DNA of 62,885 nucleotides, counting the filler, from Circinaria calcarea (taxonomy: Eukaryota): NCBI GenBank assembly GCA_051942165.1. It is 52 parts of 52 records of this genome, joined end to end, with 100 filler letters (N's around TTAATTAATTAA, not from the genome) between each part and the next. Parts side by side here need not be neighbours in the genome. Positions count along the whole stretch, not along the records: positions 60,586 to 61,685 come from JAVECS010005326.1; positions 61,786 to 62,885 come from JAVECS010005327.1; 50 more parts are not named here. One strand, given 5' to 3'. The notes beneath the pieces are model-generated. The model did not search any database. It had not been told where the DNA came from and saw nothing but the letters and a program-made list of their open reading frames with translations. The position numbers and the translations under genes are program-made. Of this stretch, positions 60,586-62,885 are shown in pieces (the first letter of the stretch is position 1; each line of letters starts with the position of its first letter).

Positions 60586-61685
60586 CCCTAATAGATTGGC
60601 TATAGCAACCGTTAAACGCACCATGTCTGACCAATTTGAAATGGTGGACCTTGGGGATTGTTCATTTTATCTGGGCGCCCATATTTACCAGAACCCTGCC
60701 TCCGGAGATGTGCATATTCATCAAGCCAAATACATCTCCGAGATGCTTAATCGCTTCGGGCTTAACGATGTCTCACCTAGCCCCATCCCCATGGCTTTTG
60801 GATTGAACCTCGATAAGATGACAGATCACAGCGCGTCCGTCACCTCTAAGAGGCTTTACCAATCCATGATTGGCTCCCTCGGTTACTTGCGAACGATGGC
60901 TAGACCCGATATTGCTTTTGCTGCGGGCTACCTTCAACGATTTCAACAGAACCCAGGTGAGGCCCATTTTCAGGCATTGCGCCAAGTTTACGCCTATCTT
61001 CAAGGCACCAAATCCCTCGGACTCCGCTACCACAGGTCCACTGCGGAACCACCTACAGGCACCGTCGAGGTCTGGGTGGATAGCAATTACGGGGGCAACA
61101 AAGGCTCTGACCGACGGAGCACCACTGGTTGGGTGGCCATGTGCGGCGGCGCCCCCATCAGTTGGAAATCCAAGCTCCAGCCTACCAAGGCTCAGTCTTC
61201 AACCGAAGCTGAGTTCATCGCGGCGGCCGATGCCGCCAAAGAATGCCTATTCCTTCGGGATTTGGCCACCAAGGATCTCAAACTTTCGGGCCTCCAGGCG
61301 CGAAAGATCCCGTTGTACATGGACAGTCGCGGGGCCTACGAGCTCTCCAAGAACGCAAAACACCACGATCGCACCAAGCATATCGATATTCGGTATTTTG
61401 CCATTCGAGACGCGTTTGATAAGGGGTATATCAAGCCGATTTGGGTACCTGGCAGCGATAACATTGCTGATGGTTTAACGAAGGCATTGCCCAGACCTGC
61501 CTTCCAAATCTTTGTCGCTAGGCTGGGACTCGCTTATCTGGACACCTGAGGTACGGCTTGATACCCGCGCGCTCGTTTCAAGGGGGAGCAAGCTCCCCAT
61601 GCCATTTATTTGGCGCTCGATTCAAGGGGGAACAAGCCCCCGCACATATTTCCTTCCGGTTGAAATCACCCACACTTGTTGCGCC
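60586..61685 (+). mobile_element. Ty1/copia retrotransposon: RT C-terminus plus RNase H (intact to stop at 61549) and 3' untranslated region
   Basis: FEMVDLG, YQSMIGSL.YL...RPDIAFA, DSNYGG..DRRSTTG, ISWKSKLQ...AQSSTEAEFIA, HDRTKHIDIRY, NIADGLTKAL. Confidence 0.96.
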
Positions 61686-61785
61686 NNNNNNNNNNNNNNN
61701 NNNNNNNNNNNNNNNNNNNNNNNNNNNNNTTAATTAATTAANNNNNNNNNNNNNNNNNNNNNNNNNNNNNNNNNNNNNNNNNNNN

Positions 61786-62271
61786 TTTGGTAAGGGAGGT
61801 CGGTTTGGTGAGATCGTAGACTACGAGGGCGGATTGGGCGTTACGGTAGTACATGGGTGCGAGGGAGGCAAAGCGCTCTTGACCGGCCGTATCCCAGATT
61901 TCAAATTTGATCGTTCGGGTTGGGAGCGGGCATTTCTGGGTGAGGAAAGCGGCTGTACCTTTGAGCGTTAGTAGGATATTCCCGTACATGCGACTGGGTT
62001 GTTCGGACGGGGTCCAAAGTCGAGAGTTGGGAGATCCGGGGGGGAAGATGTACCGCCGATTGTAGGCTCCTTGTTCTCTTGAAAATCATTGTTGACGAAC
62101 CGGAGGACGAGAGAGGACTATCAAAAGACTGGCGTATTAGTTTGTAGGAACTATTAGGTATGCGTAACTAGACCGCGGGCAAGATCCCACCTTTCCAACA
62201 GCCGCTTCACCGAGCAAAACAAGCTTGACACTGCTGCTCGGCTTAGGCGTTGCAGCCGATGTATCTGCCAT
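61786..62271 (-). CDS. VPS21: Rab5-family GTPase Vps21/Ypt51, 5' part; introns 62118-62190 and 61953-62053
   Basis: [76 protein letters not shown]. Confidence 0.93.
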
Positions 62272-62551
62272 CTAGCCCGAAGAGCTGACAATAGATTAGG
62301 TTGTGGATCAGGTTGATTGCTCGCAAGATCAGATCTTTCTCCTTCTGCCGTACGCAGTTACCTTGGAGCTCCTTTGAGCGTGATGAATATAAGATAGTCT
62401 TGGAAGAATAATTGATAGCTTCTCAAGTATATCCGTAGATCTTTTGTAATTTAGGTAGCAGTAAAGTCAGAGTGCTGATGAAAGGTGGTAGGTGAATGAC
62501 GTCCGCCGCTTCAAAGGGCTTAGCCTGCAACCGTGCATGAGGTAGGGCTCG

Positions 62552-62561
62552 GTCACGTGAC
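62552..62561. promoter_or_regulatory. Palindromic bHLH (Cbf1/CDEI-type) site GTCACGTGAC upstream of VPS21
   Basis: Perfect 10-bp palindrome ~280 bp upstream of the ATG; a second GTCACGTG near 62657; the same 10-mer lies upstream of MRS2 at 59060. Confidence 0.5.
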
Positions 62562-62885
62562 TATCAGCGAAACTTGCATTTTCGATTACTCCGTTGGAAG
62601 CAGTCTAGTCTACATGAGTTGCCAACTCTAATGCAGTTGCTATCGAGGTGCATTGAGTCACGTGCATCGGAGGCGCCCCAAGTGCCGGCCCAAAATGGCG
62701 CAATTTTTGGTTAGACTCGAGATGTGACACCTCGGATAATCAGGATTCGGTGTGTAAAATCAAAAGAGTGCTTTCTATTATCCTATCTCCGATGTGTAAA
62801 TGTTCGGGTCCAGCCTTATCCACTCACTCGCGTCTCCCAAAAAGGTTTCGCAGGGTTCATGCTTGCTCTGCTGTGGTGCAAGATG

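Noticed and set aside
1126..61785. Regularly spaced TTAATTAATTAA repeats resembling an array or att sites
   Set aside because: Synthetic six-frame-stop linker embedded in Ns; not biological

Overview
This window is not contiguous genome. It is 52 short contigs (about 1125 down to 1100 bp, sorted by length) joined by 51 artificial 100-bp linkers (N44-TTAATTAATTAA-N44, stops in all six frames), so gene order across linkers is meaningless and every ORF ending in X..LIN is an artefact. The content is filamentous ascomycete (Pezizomycotina) DNA: spliceosomal GT-AG introns with CTRAY branch sites, RIP-damaged repeats, and a secreted-protein family I associate with lichen fungi (inference). Recognisable housekeeping fragments are PNS1, MRPL7, a glyoxylate reductase, DAD2, MDH1, REX3, PGS1, SLP1, a rhodanese, URC4, BLI-3, BRN1, KRE6/SKN1, an ALR1-type transporter, ESF2, MRS2, UTP7, VPS21 and tRNA-Arg(ACG). 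There is also an NRPS-like A-T-R enzyme, several pseudogenes, and many transposon pieces (hAT, pogo/Fot1, MULE, Ty1/copia, a RIPed chromovirus, LTRs, MITEs). The best leads are: (i) a convergent pair of small secreted proteins, a KP4 killer-toxin homologue and a complete intron-containing 192-aa orphan; (ii) a RIP-killed antisense Zn2Cys6-like/coiled-coil ORF inside a chromovirus 3' region; (iii) a GGGG-terminated MITE with a conserved central hairpin found in two unrelated contigs; (iv) a possible head-to-head DAD2/shugoshin pair. All family names come from motif recognition, not database searches.
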